DNA from: Paecilomyces variotii
Lineage: Eukaryota
DNA length: 64,000 bases
Direction: 5' to 3' (one strand)
NCBI GenBank assembly: GCA_004022145.1
Contig: RCNU01000002.1
This document shows, piece by piece, positions 35,053 through 47,257 of the stretch (its first letter is position 1; the number at the start of each line of letters is the position of its first letter). Both the position numbers and the translations under genes were made by a program. The notes beneath the pieces are model-generated. The model was not told the DNA's origin, did not search any database, and worked only from the letters and a program-made list of their open reading frames with translations.

Positions 35053-36120
35053 ATGGTCACTGAGGGCCATAGACTCAGGGGAACGATGCCTTCTAATCCC
35101 CGTCTAGATGGAACAACCGAGATCGATGAGCTTTGCCGCTACCTTCGCTCTCTCGTGGTCCTGGAAAACATAGACGAGCTTTTGGAGGAGCGTTTCGATG
35201 ATGTTCCCCCCGAGTTCGAACCTGCTCTTTTGTCTTGCATGCGGAATCAGTCAAACTCCATTGATAGCGACGATGAGGACGAGTCTCTTGGACTCAGCGG
35301 CGTCCCAGTCAGTGCTGTCAACGGAGACCCCGCACGGATCTCGCGTCGCAGGAGAGTTGATGAGGAACGTCATCATGCTTTGGAAGCTGCCGAGCTCGAG
35401 CTTCGCGAGTCTGGGGATTTGTCTCAAACTCCACGTGAGTATCTTATCAACGGACGGACCGTCGATTGGGTGCGTAGCTTCTACGAGTCACCCCCTGAAG
35501 ACCCAGAGCAGTACGACGTGACCCAGAGCACCACGAGTCCGGTTCCTTTGGGATTGCTTCATGGTTATGACCCTGAAGAATACGAGAATGAATCCCCGCC
35601 CCAGGTCCAATACATGGTGCATAATCGACGCTGGGGCCTCCGCGATGTCGATGTCATACCAACTATCGAGGAGGAAACTTCTGCTGACATCCAGATTGCT
35701 GAGGACGGGAAAATCAAAGAGGAAAGCGATCAAATGGATTGGAAAGCAGACCTTTCTAACGAGAGTGTCGATGATGCAGACCGGGAGAGTAACGGAGATG
35801 CTGAGGTTCCGCCCGACATGCGCATCACCAGGAGTGGCCGTACGTACCATACCCGCGAGGCGCCATCTCCAGATAGCCGTCAGCCGGGCAGAGCGCGCCG
35901 TCGTCCCGAGGCTGCGAGGGCCGCCACGAACAAAGGCAATCAAAGGAACAAGAGAAAGACTGCGAAGGGGAACGAGCAGGCACCGAAAACTAGAAAGCGT
36001 CAGCGATCCAACAGTGATGACGACGGAAGGTCTGAGGACCAACAAGGTAGCTCAAAGAGACAGCGGCCACTGAGACGCAGCAGTCGACTCGCAGAGGCAG
36101 GAAAGGCATCTTCCGTCTAA
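35053..36120 (+). CDS. Orphan protein with an acidic middle and a basic, disordered C-terminal tail
   Basis: Open frame of at least 355 codons. A GTAGGG..CTGAC..TAG intron-like segment (34931-35026) suggests extra 5' exons. NLS-like KTRKRQR and KRQRPLRRSSRL. Confidence 0.6.
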   Translation: MVTEGHRLRGTMPSNPRLDGTTEIDELCRYLRSLVVLENIDELLEERFDDVPPEFEPALLSCMRNQSNSIDSDDEDESLGLSGVPVSAVNGDPARISRRRRVDEERHHALEAAELELRESGDLSQTPREYLINGRTVDWVRSFYESPPEDPEQYDVTQSTTSPVPLGLLHGYDPEEYENESPPQVQYMVHNRRWGLRDVDVIPTIEEETSADIQIAEDGKIKEESDQMDWKADLSNESVDDADRESNGDAEVPPDMRITRSGRTYHTREAPSPDSRQPGRARRRPEAARAATNKGNQRNKRKTAKGNEQAPKTRKRQRSNSDDDGRSEDQQGSSKRQRPLRRSSRLAEAGKASSV

Positions 36121-37322
36121 TTATGTCTCAATATGGCCACGGTAGTTTGGACCTTCTTGTAAAGACCGAAGGATAGAGCCTTGAATTTCATTTTCACGGT
36201 TGTGGGGGCCTTCTTGAGACAGCTGTTGGCAGGTCAATATTTTCTTTGGCGTTTTCCAACGGATGGTCGGCATGTATGTTTGCGAATTCCAAATGTGCTT
36301 CAGAGGGTAAACAATGGTGGTTGACAAGATTCGTCCCACATGATTAATGTATTCAGCTTGCCCGTCTCGATTAGGGGGCGGATGTAAAGATCAGATAGCT
36401 CATGCGAATGAGACCTGCTATCCTCAAGAGTGACACATTATATAATGTATATTTTATATGTAGGGAGAATCAGTTGATACGACAAAAGCAAGCAGCAATT
36501 CTCGCGAAGGAATAAACCACGGCGTCTGCAGAGACTTGAACACAATGCCAACCGTCATTGATGTAGTCAGAAGAGGATTAAAGCAACTCATGTTATATGC
36601 ACGAAGAACACCGAAATAAAAATGAACCAGCTTTGCTATCCCCAAAAATAACATTGTGCCGTAGTGACAGATCATTTGAGGCGTAGTTCAGTTTACACGT
36701 TAATCTGTTCGGAGAGAGGTAGTTGCTGATGTGGATATAAGATATCAATCTAGTAGCAATATGTATACTTCTGCGGCGCAGATACAAGGAGAAGCTGTGG
36801 CTGGTGTGCCGCCTTCGAGATCGATCAAGTGCGGTTGGATTGGTCGCCTGACGTAAAAACTCATACTACCAGATGGCCTGTCGATGATCATATTACCGCA
36901 TCGGTTAACTCGCAGCACCCAGGACTGGTCGATCGATCCGAAAGTCTGTTCCGCGTTTTAAATGGGGTGTAGTGTCTCATCCGAAGGAAAGCTTTTGTAA
37001 GACAAGATTGGCGGTCATTCATAATGATTTCCTCCATCATCTGATGAATTTGCGGATCGTCTCGACATCTCGAGTTGGACGCGGGTAACAGTGTGGTCAG
37101 AATGGGTCATGTGACCATCCAATATGTACCTGCTGCTGTCCTCGTAAACTGACGGATTGACGGATTGTTGCGTTAACGGATCAGCGTGCGCCTAGCAGGT
37201 AATGAACGGTAACTGCGAATGTATCTAGATCTAGTTCTCGCAGATAGCTGCAGAGGACTAGGTGCACAGTTCTGGGCCTCTTGAAGGTTGATGTAAATCC
37301 CGGCTCATAGTTGATAACTGAG

Positions 37323-37868
37323 TCATGAGACTACCTCCCGCTCTTGGAGCATATCCCAGGTTGGTATCTTCACAAGTTCATGTGTAGAGTCTGGACTATT
37401 ACCAGCCCTCCATCGCCCGGCCTCCTTTTTCTTCGCGACATAGTCCTTACATTGCCGATCAATAATGCTCCAGTCGACGACTTTCGATTCCGACAGCACG
37501 CCATCTGCATTGAGTCTCTCAATCGCGCTTCTCACCCATGATATGCAATTCCAGTCTGGGCTTTCCTGAATGATGGGGACGCCTCGTAAGCTTGCATCGA
37601 CACTTGAAGGGTCAGCTATCTTGGCGATCAATACGCGAATCAAAAGACGATATCGAGTGTCAGATTCTCCGAGTCTGGACGCTTCGAAAACCCAGGGTTG
37701 CCCTGATACACCCGGTCTAATTGTGTTCTTAACGTGGTACTGCACAGCATCATAGGGATCCTCGTCGCTTTTGGGCCCGACCAAGAGAGCCCAATGGTAG
37801 CTGTCGGGAGGCGCCTGTCCAGATCGAAAATAGAGAGACACGTAGAGACGTGGTTTGTTAAACCGCAT
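37323..37868 (-). CDS. DUF6914-like fungal protein, 181 aa
   Basis: RLYVSLYFR, YHWALLVGPK, YHVKN, LLIRVLIAKI, WNCISWV and PTWDML. Family name recalled, not searched. Confidence 0.7.
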   Translation of the reverse strand: MRFNKPRLYVSLYFRSGQAPPDSYHWALLVGPKSDEDPYDAVQYHVKNTIRPGVSGQPWVFEASRLGESDTRYRLLIRVLIAKIADPSSVDASLRGVPIIQESPDWNCISWVRSAIERLNADGVLSESKVVDWSIIDRQCKDYVAKKKEAGRWRAGNSPDSTHELVKIPTWDMLQEREVVS

Positions 37869-38420
37869 ACTGAAAATAGAAACAGGTCTAATGTTTTGAT
37901 GCTGCTATACTGCAGAGGGATACGAAGAATAACAGCGTTGAGGTACCATGCAGACGTGGTCAAAATGTACCTAAGGTGACAGCAAAGTGGGTCAGGACGA
38001 AGCAGGAACATAAATAGTTCTGAGACAATGCTTCAAGCAAACGACGACAGTTCTGATCAAAGGCGCATAATGAAGCAAAAGCAAGGCTGGATGTTGCTTT
38101 AGTGCGGTAGCCTATTGATAAATTCGAGACATCTGGACCGTACATACATACAGAACCTTGGCCATGTATCGTTGGGTTAGTGAGTGAAGGCGTTGTGAGT
38201 TATTGATGCCGCTTTGCGTACAGACCTCTGAAGCAGCGGGCTAGATCAGATCCCAAAACATCAGAATAATGCGGGAGTTTGTCCAGAAAATAGAGACGTA
38301 AATCAAGCTCGACAACGAGAGATGTTGAAGTTGGGAGTTCCTGGCCAAGGGAGCAAGTCGACCACTCGGCCTCGACCGTCTGGTCCGCAGCTAACCTAAC
38401 CATATCTGGCAGTGTATAGC

Positions 38421-38428
38421 CACGTGAC
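38421..38428 (-). promoter_or_regulatory. GTCACGTG extended E-box about 280 bp upstream of bL33m
   Basis: CACGTGAC on the plus strand; matches the bHLH (Cbf1-type) consensus RTCACGTG. Confidence 0.4.
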
Positions 38429-38706
38429 TTCATCTCGCGATGAACTTCTTTGGCCGCGGAGCCGGAGAGCTTTCGGAGCGACAAGAAACATTTTGCGCCT
38501 TGCGCTACGCAACAGACAATTCGTCGAGCTGAGAATTCATATCTCTCCTGAGATACCTGCTCAGCGCCTTCGCTTCAGTCTATTCGACGGGCCTGTTGAG
38601 TCGGGGACTTCTGGATTCACTTGGAGGTTTCAACGAAATCGCTTTTCGGGGCTCGGCCTCAATCCGTCCTGTCCTCTCAGATCAATTCACATTCACACTA
38701 ATCACA

Positions 38707-39016
38707 ATGGCGAAGAAAGGTTTGTATATTTCCAGCCAGAACTGGCTTCCTTGTCTAGGATATTGTCGGCCTGCAAGTCCAGCTGGCTCTCCTCATTTTC
38801 CATCTTAGCGATGCGGAGACTGACATGCTTCTTTTTCTGTATATAGCTAAGTCGCGCACTGTCACCGTCCGCCTGATCTCCATGGCAATGACTGGCTTCT
38901 ACCGAACAATGATCCGACCGCGTACACATCGTCCACTGAGCATGTTGAAATACGATCCGGTCGTGAAGAAGAAGGTGCTCTTCCTCGAGGCGACAAAGGG
39001 AGGAAAGGCAAAATAA
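38707..39016 (+). CDS. MRPL39: Mitochondrial ribosomal protein bL33m
   Basis: 13-nt exon 38707-38719 plus 38847-39016: [23 protein letters not shown]...[18 protein letters not shown]. The symbol is the yeast name. Confidence 0.93.
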
Positions 39017-39498
39017 ACGAGCTTGTGGTGTATGGATAGTTAGTCGGCCAATTGGGTGAAGACATTAAGCCAGGATGGGACGCATAAACCGCAGCCATTC
39101 TTGAGGAAATGGGCGAGTTGATCTTCCCTGTCTATTGTCAGTACCCTTGACCGAGTTCTCCGTTTCTCGAGATGGATTGGGTATTCACCCAAAGTGATTT
39201 ATTGTACATTGTACGACTACGGCTGTGAGAGCGACGGATCATCTCCTTCGAAGAGTCGTGCGTGTGCCGCATTAAGAAGTCTCATCCCTGACTCTATATA
39301 AAGGTTGGCGTTAATAGCAATGGATATTGATATTTCTATGTTTAAATACTGCATATTCTTCTAAACATGGCTCCTATGGTTATTATTCATCCTTGAATGA
39401 AACATCCGCTTCTCCCTGCTACTGACGCACATAACTCTACATATTAGCACATTGAATATTCGATATTGCGTCTCCTTTTCAACCCATGGGTCTGACTG

Positions 39499-42400
39499 TC
39501 ACTTTGAAGCCTGGATTTCCCGATTGAAACGGTCACCGTAATACTCTCCTTCTTCTTATCAGTTTCCTCGTGGCAATCTATGGACGTCTTAGCTTACCTC
39601 TAGACCTGCGACGACCACGAGTGGTGCTGCGCGTCGCCGGGAGATGGTGTTGGTGGTCTCTCCGTTTAGGACGTTGGCTTCCGGAAGCCGAGATGAGAGG
39701 ACTAGCACCATTATCAAAGTACCCAGAGACGGTTGGTGTGTCCGTAACGGATAGAGAGTCTGCTACAGAGGTCCCATATCGTTTTGCTCTTTTGTTTCTT
39801 GGACGCTCTGGCGTTTTTATTGCGGCACCTTTCTGGATGTTGCTCTCCATTAATGTAGTAGACCCTTTCAGAATGCCTTTCGGCGCTTCTCCGCGCTTGA
39901 TCCGATAATTTGCTTCTGACTGGTTATGGATAGGAGATTCGCCATTCCGGCTCGCGGAAACAGAAGGCGAGTCCACGCTGGTGAGGCTGTCTTGTGTTAG
40001 CTGTCCTCTAGATTTCCGTTTGATACCAGTCTTTTTGGTAGCAGCTGGGTCAAGTCTAGACTTCGTCTCTCCATCTCCTTTGAGATTAGGTGCATTCTGC
40101 TCTTCTCTCTTCGGCATTTGTTTTCCTGCTACATGATGGTGATCGAGGGCCGCAGCACTTTTGTCTGGCATATGCTTCACAGTTATTTCCTTTTCGGCAT
40201 CGTGGGCGGATTTTGCGGTGCTGATTTCCTTTCCGGCGGCCAATGTGTAATGCCCCTCCTTTTCTGATAAACCTTCCTGCGGCGTAGAAGGTAACTGGAT
40301 TCTGATATCGCTCAAGCTCTCGCTTGGTGAACAAGGGACATGAGTGATCGCATTTTGAACATGGGAGAAAGGAACTATGGAGCTTGGAAGACGTCTAGAA
40401 GAGCCGTCAGCCGGGCCGCTGGCAGATACTTGGGCTTGAAATGTCACATGTGGGCTCGGAGACGTATGGCCACTCGCATGGACACTTTCAGACCGATAAA
40501 CGACCTCTGTGCGGACAAACTCCCTGGACTGTATATCTGTGGCCTCGTTCAGTATTTTTATCATGCACTATTCAGAACAGTCAGGCGAGATTCTTTATCT
40601 TACCGTTGGAAATATGGCGAACTTTCTCCTGTCGTGTATTCGGTGTTTTTTGTACTCGAGTATCGAGCATCTCGTTCAACCGCCCCTCAATGATCGGCCA
40701 TGAGACCTGAGGAGGATTCCCGGACTCGATGATACCCAATTTCTGGAGGACTAATTCTCCTTCCTTCTTCCATGATTCCGATTCTTGGATCCTGTGGAGA
40801 AGTGAATGCATCTCTGATTTGGCCCTGGCCTTTCCCGACTCGAGTGCACTTTTCGCCGATTCTGCAGTAACGAGTCTTTCTGATACGGACCTAATTTCAC
40901 CCTGTGCCCCTGATAGTTGTCCTTCTAGGACATCAATTCTTTTCTGTAGTTCCTCAGAATTCTCCACAGGCCTTCCTTCTGTACCTGCACCGGCTTCTTG
41001 CCCTGGCGTTCCTTGTTGCCTATACTCCCCTAGTTCCGTCTCTAGTGATACGGCTCGAGCCTCACATTCAGCTAGTCTGTGCTGCAGATATCGTATATCT
41101 TCCTCCCTTGCAGTGAGCTACATAATTGTCAGTAAGGCCCATCCGTCTGCGTTGGGGAAAACCGACATTTTCCTCCATCTCTCTTTGTTTCACGCTTGAT
41201 TTATCTTCTGATTGGCACTAAACAAATCAGTCTATCTTCGCTTCTGACTGAACGTCCAACTTACAATGGTAGCTTTCAACTCGCTGATTGTTTGCTCCAG
41301 CTTTTGTGCACTCGTCTGTAGAGCAGTCTTCTCCTTTTGTGCTCGATGGAGTTGCTGCTCAAACTGAGCCTTGATTTTGTCTCGTGCTATAATACTTGCT
41401 CTCCCCAGTTCTTCGCGAATTTTTGCTTCCATGTGGCACATCTCATCTTTCAAAGTCGCCTTCTCACGTTCGAGTTGTTCAAGGCGCTCCTCAGCATTTG
41501 CTGTGTTCAATCTCGTCTCAACTAACTCCTGCTGCAAAGTTTCTATCTGAGATTCCTTGTCCTTTATCGATTCAAGCGCTTCTGTAAGAGCAGCAGACGT
41601 GGTTTGAAGCTGAATCTGGAGTTCTGGTACCGTGGGAAACATATCCTCTCTGCTTTTGATAGCGGCATCGTTCATCTCCCTCTCGCAGTTTGCAAGGCTT
41701 TCCTTTAGTCTCATCGACTCTCCTGTCAGCTCAGTCTCTCTTAGTTGAAGCTCCTTTGTTATCTCTCGAAGCTTTAGAACAGTCTCTTCTGATGTTTTCA
41801 GTTTCTCTTCAAGTCTTCCTTGACGTTCCCGTGCATCTGCAAATTCATGCGACGTAATGAGAGAAGAAGACATGACATCTTCCACTCTTTGTAGCTGTCC
41901 ATGCATCTCAGTTCTGATCACATCCTGTATTTCCTTAGTAATGTCGAGATTTCCAACCGAATTGGTCACAAGCGCCTCTAGACTATGAAATGTAAGAGCA
42001 AGTCATCACCTGAGGATCTCATGTATTACCTTGATATCTGAGTAGCAAGTGATTGGTTCAGGTCTCGAATGTCAGACTTCTCTACTGGATTCTTCTGAAG
42101 CAGGACGTTCACTGATTCTAAACATTCTTGTAGCACGGGAGGTATGGCGGACTGAAGGATATCCTGCGAAGATTCCCACCTTTGCTTCACATGCTCAATG
42201 ACAGTATCTAGTCTACCTAGAACCTGCGATTGCATGTCTTTCGTGAACTTCAGCTGAAGGCTATGCTCATTTGCTGAAGATTGTATATATCGTTCAAGCT
42301 TCGAGACGCGCCTCTGCTCATAAAGGAGCCGGTCATGGTAATAGGATGTCTTATCCTGTGCTGAACGTAAAGCCTGCGTCATAACATTGAAGTCTGCTGT

Positions 42401-43965
42401 AATTGCGGCGACATGTGCGGGCTGCTGACTGACTTTGCGGGAAGCTTGATCAATGTTCACTTTTATTTCATCAAGGCACTTTACTAACTCGCTTTTCTCT
42501 TGGAGTAGTCCCGCTTCTGTTCTCTTAAGGTCATTCGCCTCGTCTCGCAGAATCTTGAACTCCTTTCCCAGGCCGTTGAGGACACGTCTTAACTTGGAGA
42601 GTTTCATTTTCCAATGTTCCGACTGGCGTTTCCTAGTGTCGATTTCTATTTCCTGCTCTTCTTGTCTGGAACGACACTGCTCCATCTGGGCCCTCAACGA
42701 CTGGTTCTCCTCGCTTAGCTCAACTATATCTGATTTCATTTGCTCTCTTAAAGCAGAATTACTTGCTTCCTGCTCCTCTCTTTGACGAAGTCTCTGGATC
42801 AGAAGGTAGAAGAGATCTTCTTCCGACGGCCGTGAGTCGTCGTTCGAGAGAATAGGAGATTCCCGCCGTGAACCTCCGACTCTAGATCGCTGCTTCTTTC
42901 GATTCTTAGTAACTTTGTATTTTCGAGTCGTCAATGGTGTTGGCAGCACTGGCCCACCAGCGGTCTCGTACTCGCGAGTATGGGTTTTTGAAATGCATTG
43001 TTTCTCACTTCTAATAGACTCCTGTCATATAAAGTCAGTCTTTATTCGCGAGCGGGATCCATAAAGACCCAGAAAATCCAAAGTTCCGCTATCAGCGTCT
43101 ATGGTTCTTCCAGATATGGCTTGCATGAGCTGTTCTCCGAATTGTCCGGAAAGGAACCATCCTGCTGACACTTACCGTCTGGTCTTGAGGATCGGTCGCT
43201 AGGCAGTATTATATTAGTCTCAGACTCTTATTTATAGACTGTAAACTTACTTGAATGTCCCTGTTCCCCGGGTGCATCATCACCATTAGCCCCGGGTCTT
43301 TCTTGTGTCAAGCCACCATTTCCCGTAGCGATCAAAGCTTGGTGCTCTGGTGCACTGTATTCGCGAGCTTGATCAGGCCGTTCTAAAAGTCCATCGGGAT
43401 TTGGTGATCCATAACTTGCTGCCCTATTATTGTGTATTATCACTTGGGGATAGGGCATTCGGTTTGGGGCGGCTTGACTTTCAACCAGTCAACACAGATT
43501 CAAATGTAACGGACCATATACGTACTCATTTCCAGTAGACACGTTTTCGTCTTCCAAAGCTAGGGGCTTCTGTCTCTGTCTTTCTGTTCCGGGATTACTA
43601 CGCTTCGAGACGTTGGACTGTCGCCCTGGTGGTGGACGGAACGAGAAGGTAACATCTGTCTGACTAGGGTTTGCATAACCGAAGTCTAGCACGGTTGATC
43701 CAGATCTGGAAGGACGCTGAATTGTAAAGGGCGTTTCCTTCTTCGCTCCTGATGGCGTAGCTGTGAATGGCACCGTGTTCTTCTCGATAATTTTCTTTGA
43801 TGTTGGGGATAGTGCATCATCACCGACTTGCGACATATGAAATAGTAGTTCATCCTCTTCGGAATAAGCCAGTTGAGATACTGAATTATCCTCACTCTGG
43901 ATAGCAGGGCGATTACCGGCTAACGATGATTCTGATATCGCCTCTTTGCGGACTGAAGACTCCAT
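39499..43965 (-). CDS. Large coiled-coil protein, about 1317 aa, 9 exons
   Basis: Exons 43965-43526, 43477-43251, 43198-43176, 43021-42030, 41982-41265, 41217-41167, 41117-40604, 40536-39598 and 39548-39499 sum to 3954 nt in frame with GT-AG introns. The centre is a heptad-like E/K/L/Q-rich region. Confidence 0.75.
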
Positions 43966-44781
43966 TTCCCAGATATCACCTACTAGGTACACTAGGAATG
44001 GATAGAATTGCCTTAAATGAGCCGACGCGATCCGGCCTGAGATGAAACCAAATAGCTCGTGAACATGGACAACTGGCTCGAGATATTTGTCTGGACAGAA
44101 TGCAACGATCAAGAAAAACAAGAACCTCTCGGGCTCCTTTTAAGGGAGATCCAATATTTAGACAATATCAGTTGAAATTTAGAGACCAAGGCCGTGGCTT
44201 TGCCTGCTCTGTTGTGAGGACTCGATGAGAGAACCCTCTGGATAAAAGAGCAGAGGTGGACGCAGGAGGTGGCAGGGCGGGCATACATGATCTAGAAAAG
44301 GAAGGTACCCACTAACATTTGCCCACCGGGCTCGCAGGCGCCCTTACTACTTGTATTACACCATGAGGCAGGAGTATCTATCCTGGTGCACTAAGACGCT
44401 TATTATTAGAGAGGAAAGCCCAGACAAATTCTGTATATTGCACCGCTACACTCATCAACAGACTCGATATATCCCACCTTGTCTAGTAAATGCACTTCTC
44501 GTATGGTATCACGTAACCCAATACATCCGTTACCCAGGTTGTAACGCTGAACCCACGATATTGCTCTCTTTCTCTAGGGTGTGAGAACAGAAAGGCCGAT
44601 TTTATTGGCAGAGGCACGGTGGACAAAGCGTAACAAAGTCTGAATAAAGATCCAAACTTGGCATCTTGTTATGATGCTTCCCATTGTCGAGGATCGGGGC
44701 CAGACGTATTTAACTAATCGCCATCCAAGCACGCTGAAATCGCAGGACACCTTTGCGGTACCAAAGGCTAGAAAGCCACGT

Positions 44782-46342
44782 CTAAACTTCTCTCCTTGAG
44801 AGGTATTAGTACAGATTGTCGGTTTGGGAAATGGAGTAGTAACCTACCAAGTAGGCTCGGGATTTTCAACAGCGGGTGTGCGGATAGCATTCCTATCGCC
44901 GAAAGGATTATTTTCGTCGTCACTATCGTCAGGCTCCGACTCCGTCTGTGTCTCGCTACGACCACCTGGAGAGTTCCGGAAGGCAGATGAAGAGGTGGTA
45001 TTAAAGGATAGACTAGTAGGCCTGGGCGGCCGGGGCGGTGCTTTGTCGAAGACCAATCCTGCAAACCCTTCGCTAAGATCCCTGTCGCGCGTCGGCGAGT
45101 AGCTACTTCTCGTAGGCGATGAATATCCCTCGAGAGCGCCATTCTCATCACTGTCCGAATCATAGTCAACGCTCTTGTCCAGGACCTCAAAGGCCATTAG
45201 CGCAGTGACAAGCTCTTCGTTGGCATGGATGAGACCTCCCAGAAACTCCTCGCTCTCGACGTGCTGGATGTAGCGCAATATTTGTCGTCTAAGTTGCTTG
45301 CATAACTCAAAGCGGTTCATCACTTCGGGGTCATCGCTCACTCGCTGACTTTCGCGATCCACCAGTCTAAGAGCGTTCAATAGGTTTGTACCGGCTACTG
45401 ACGCGGCAGCGATCGTCTGCAGAATCTCAGGTTTCTCCTTTTCGAGGTTGAACGGCCGGCCTCTGGTGTTCCTTTTGTCCTTCTTCTTCGAAGAGCTCAA
45501 TAGACTGGATTTGCGTGTGTGTGAAGACGAGGTCGGTTTCGGACTAGTGAGTATCGTTGATGGTCCGTCTCCAGCGGAGACAGATACAGAATGACCCATT
45601 GGTGGTTCATCTCCTGTCTCCCTCAGGACTTTCGCTTGCGCCTGGCGTGCGGGTTGTTTACGCTGCGGCAGCTGCTTATAGAGAGCTGCCACCCGCTCCA
45701 TACCTGGAGTGTTTTTGTAGGCGGCGGCCCATTGCGCAAACAGTTGCTTGCATTTCGCTTTAACCTCGACGTCCGAAAGAGAATCCGTAGCAGCGATGCG
45801 CAGTCTTTCGAGCAGAGGTTCATCTGCAAAGCCACGCAGGAACCGTTCTCCTGCATTCTGGATTAGAAAATCTAGGATAGTAAGAGCCCGTAGTTGTCGA
45901 TGAACATTTCCGTACTTGCTGTTTCTCCAAGTTAACGATTTGGCGCAGCATTCCAGAGCACCAGGGGAACTCACAGCTTCTTGCGGAGAGCTCTACTCGC
46001 CTCCGTCGGACCGCTGCTTTGTAGACGCACTACTTCGATGAGATCGACAATTCCACTAGAGTCATCAACCTCATATTGCTCGCTAGTGAGACGTTCAATC
46101 TGCACTGTTATAGCGGAGTACGGTTTCTGGGAGAGTAGGTATTAGTCATGGTCCTGTGTATGTATACGCAGTGAATATAGAAAGCGGAAATCGCAGTTGC
46201 AGGATGAGTTCGTCTTCAAGAGTGAGATACAAGCAGGGCTGATGTACAACACACCCTGTTTTTGGTGTTTTAGGGACTGAACTGGTGGTATCAATCACAC
46301 GGATAGAAATTCTGTGATGGGACTCACCGATCCTGAGAACAT
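44782..46342 (-). CDS. LSB5: VHS + GAT domain endocytic adaptor, Lsb5-like
   Basis: Exons 46342-46328, 46126-45975, 45918-44848 and 44794-44782. KPYSAITVQIERLT, EASRALRKKLKYG, LIHANEELVTAL and a C-terminal NPFGD motif. Confidence 0.85.
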
Positions 46343-47257
46343 GATTGATAACTAACGTGCCGGCGTTCGTTACCGACTAATATTATAATGTCGTACAATT
46401 GTTCAAGTAAATTATTCGAGAATCGCCCTTATAACAGGAAGATAGCAGGATATCGCGATAGATCCGATATGATTCGAATTATAACTTTGGCTTCTGTGAC
46501 CCAGTTCACAGACACTGGTATATGGAAGCAGATCCAGTGATATGTAAATGACTGCAAAGTTGTAACTTTGATAATGGATGTGTCAAGAGTCAGAACCCAT
46601 TCAGTCACTCGTGCATGTCAAGCGTTCTTGGCGTGTAGACGAAGCCGCGCTGAGGTGGTGTGCAAAGTGTCACTTCTCAAAAGGGAATGACAGTAGGCAA
46701 GCCTTTCCAATCACCACATAAAGGCCTCTCACTGAGTGTATATACACCGTGGGACTTTAGCGGACGTGAAAGTACAATAGAGGATGAAACACAGATGAGT
46801 TGATATCAACCACTTGGACAAAGCGTGCTCGTGACTGCCCCTCTCCAGTAACCAGTTCCTGATGGCCGGCTTGGAGAGGCTTAGGGCGGGGCCGATGGCC
46901 CGGTATCGTGACGTCTCCCACTCGAACGGTAAGTTACAGATAGACAGGTAGGCAATTATTATTTACATGTACTGTACCAACTGACTACCTACCTATATTA
47001 CTGCTTCTTCGAAAACAAGAGCCATTGATTCTCAGTGTATATCCCCAGTTTTGTCCATCCTTCAATTTTTAAGCTACATGTCAGCCCGCTCCGCGCGTAC
47101 CAAGCCATCTTCACGCAAGGGAAACAACGTTGTTGCCAAGTTAGTTATCTGCTCCACTCTCATCCTGGCTCTAAGCGTTCTCATTAGGTTCCGTTCTCGC
47201 CTGGGCCTTTTCTCATCCCACTTCCCCTCCTCTACTCCTACAATACAAATCGCAAAG

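Noticed and set aside
40568-40603. 36-nt intron using the TAG acceptor at 40568 in the coiled-coil gene
   Set aside because: Too short and leads to a stop; the CAG at 40537 keeps the frame.
46127-46327. 201-nt first intron of the LSB5-like gene as a snoRNA host or stwintron
   Set aside because: No convincing C/D or H/ACA boxes, and no nested donor/branch/acceptor set.
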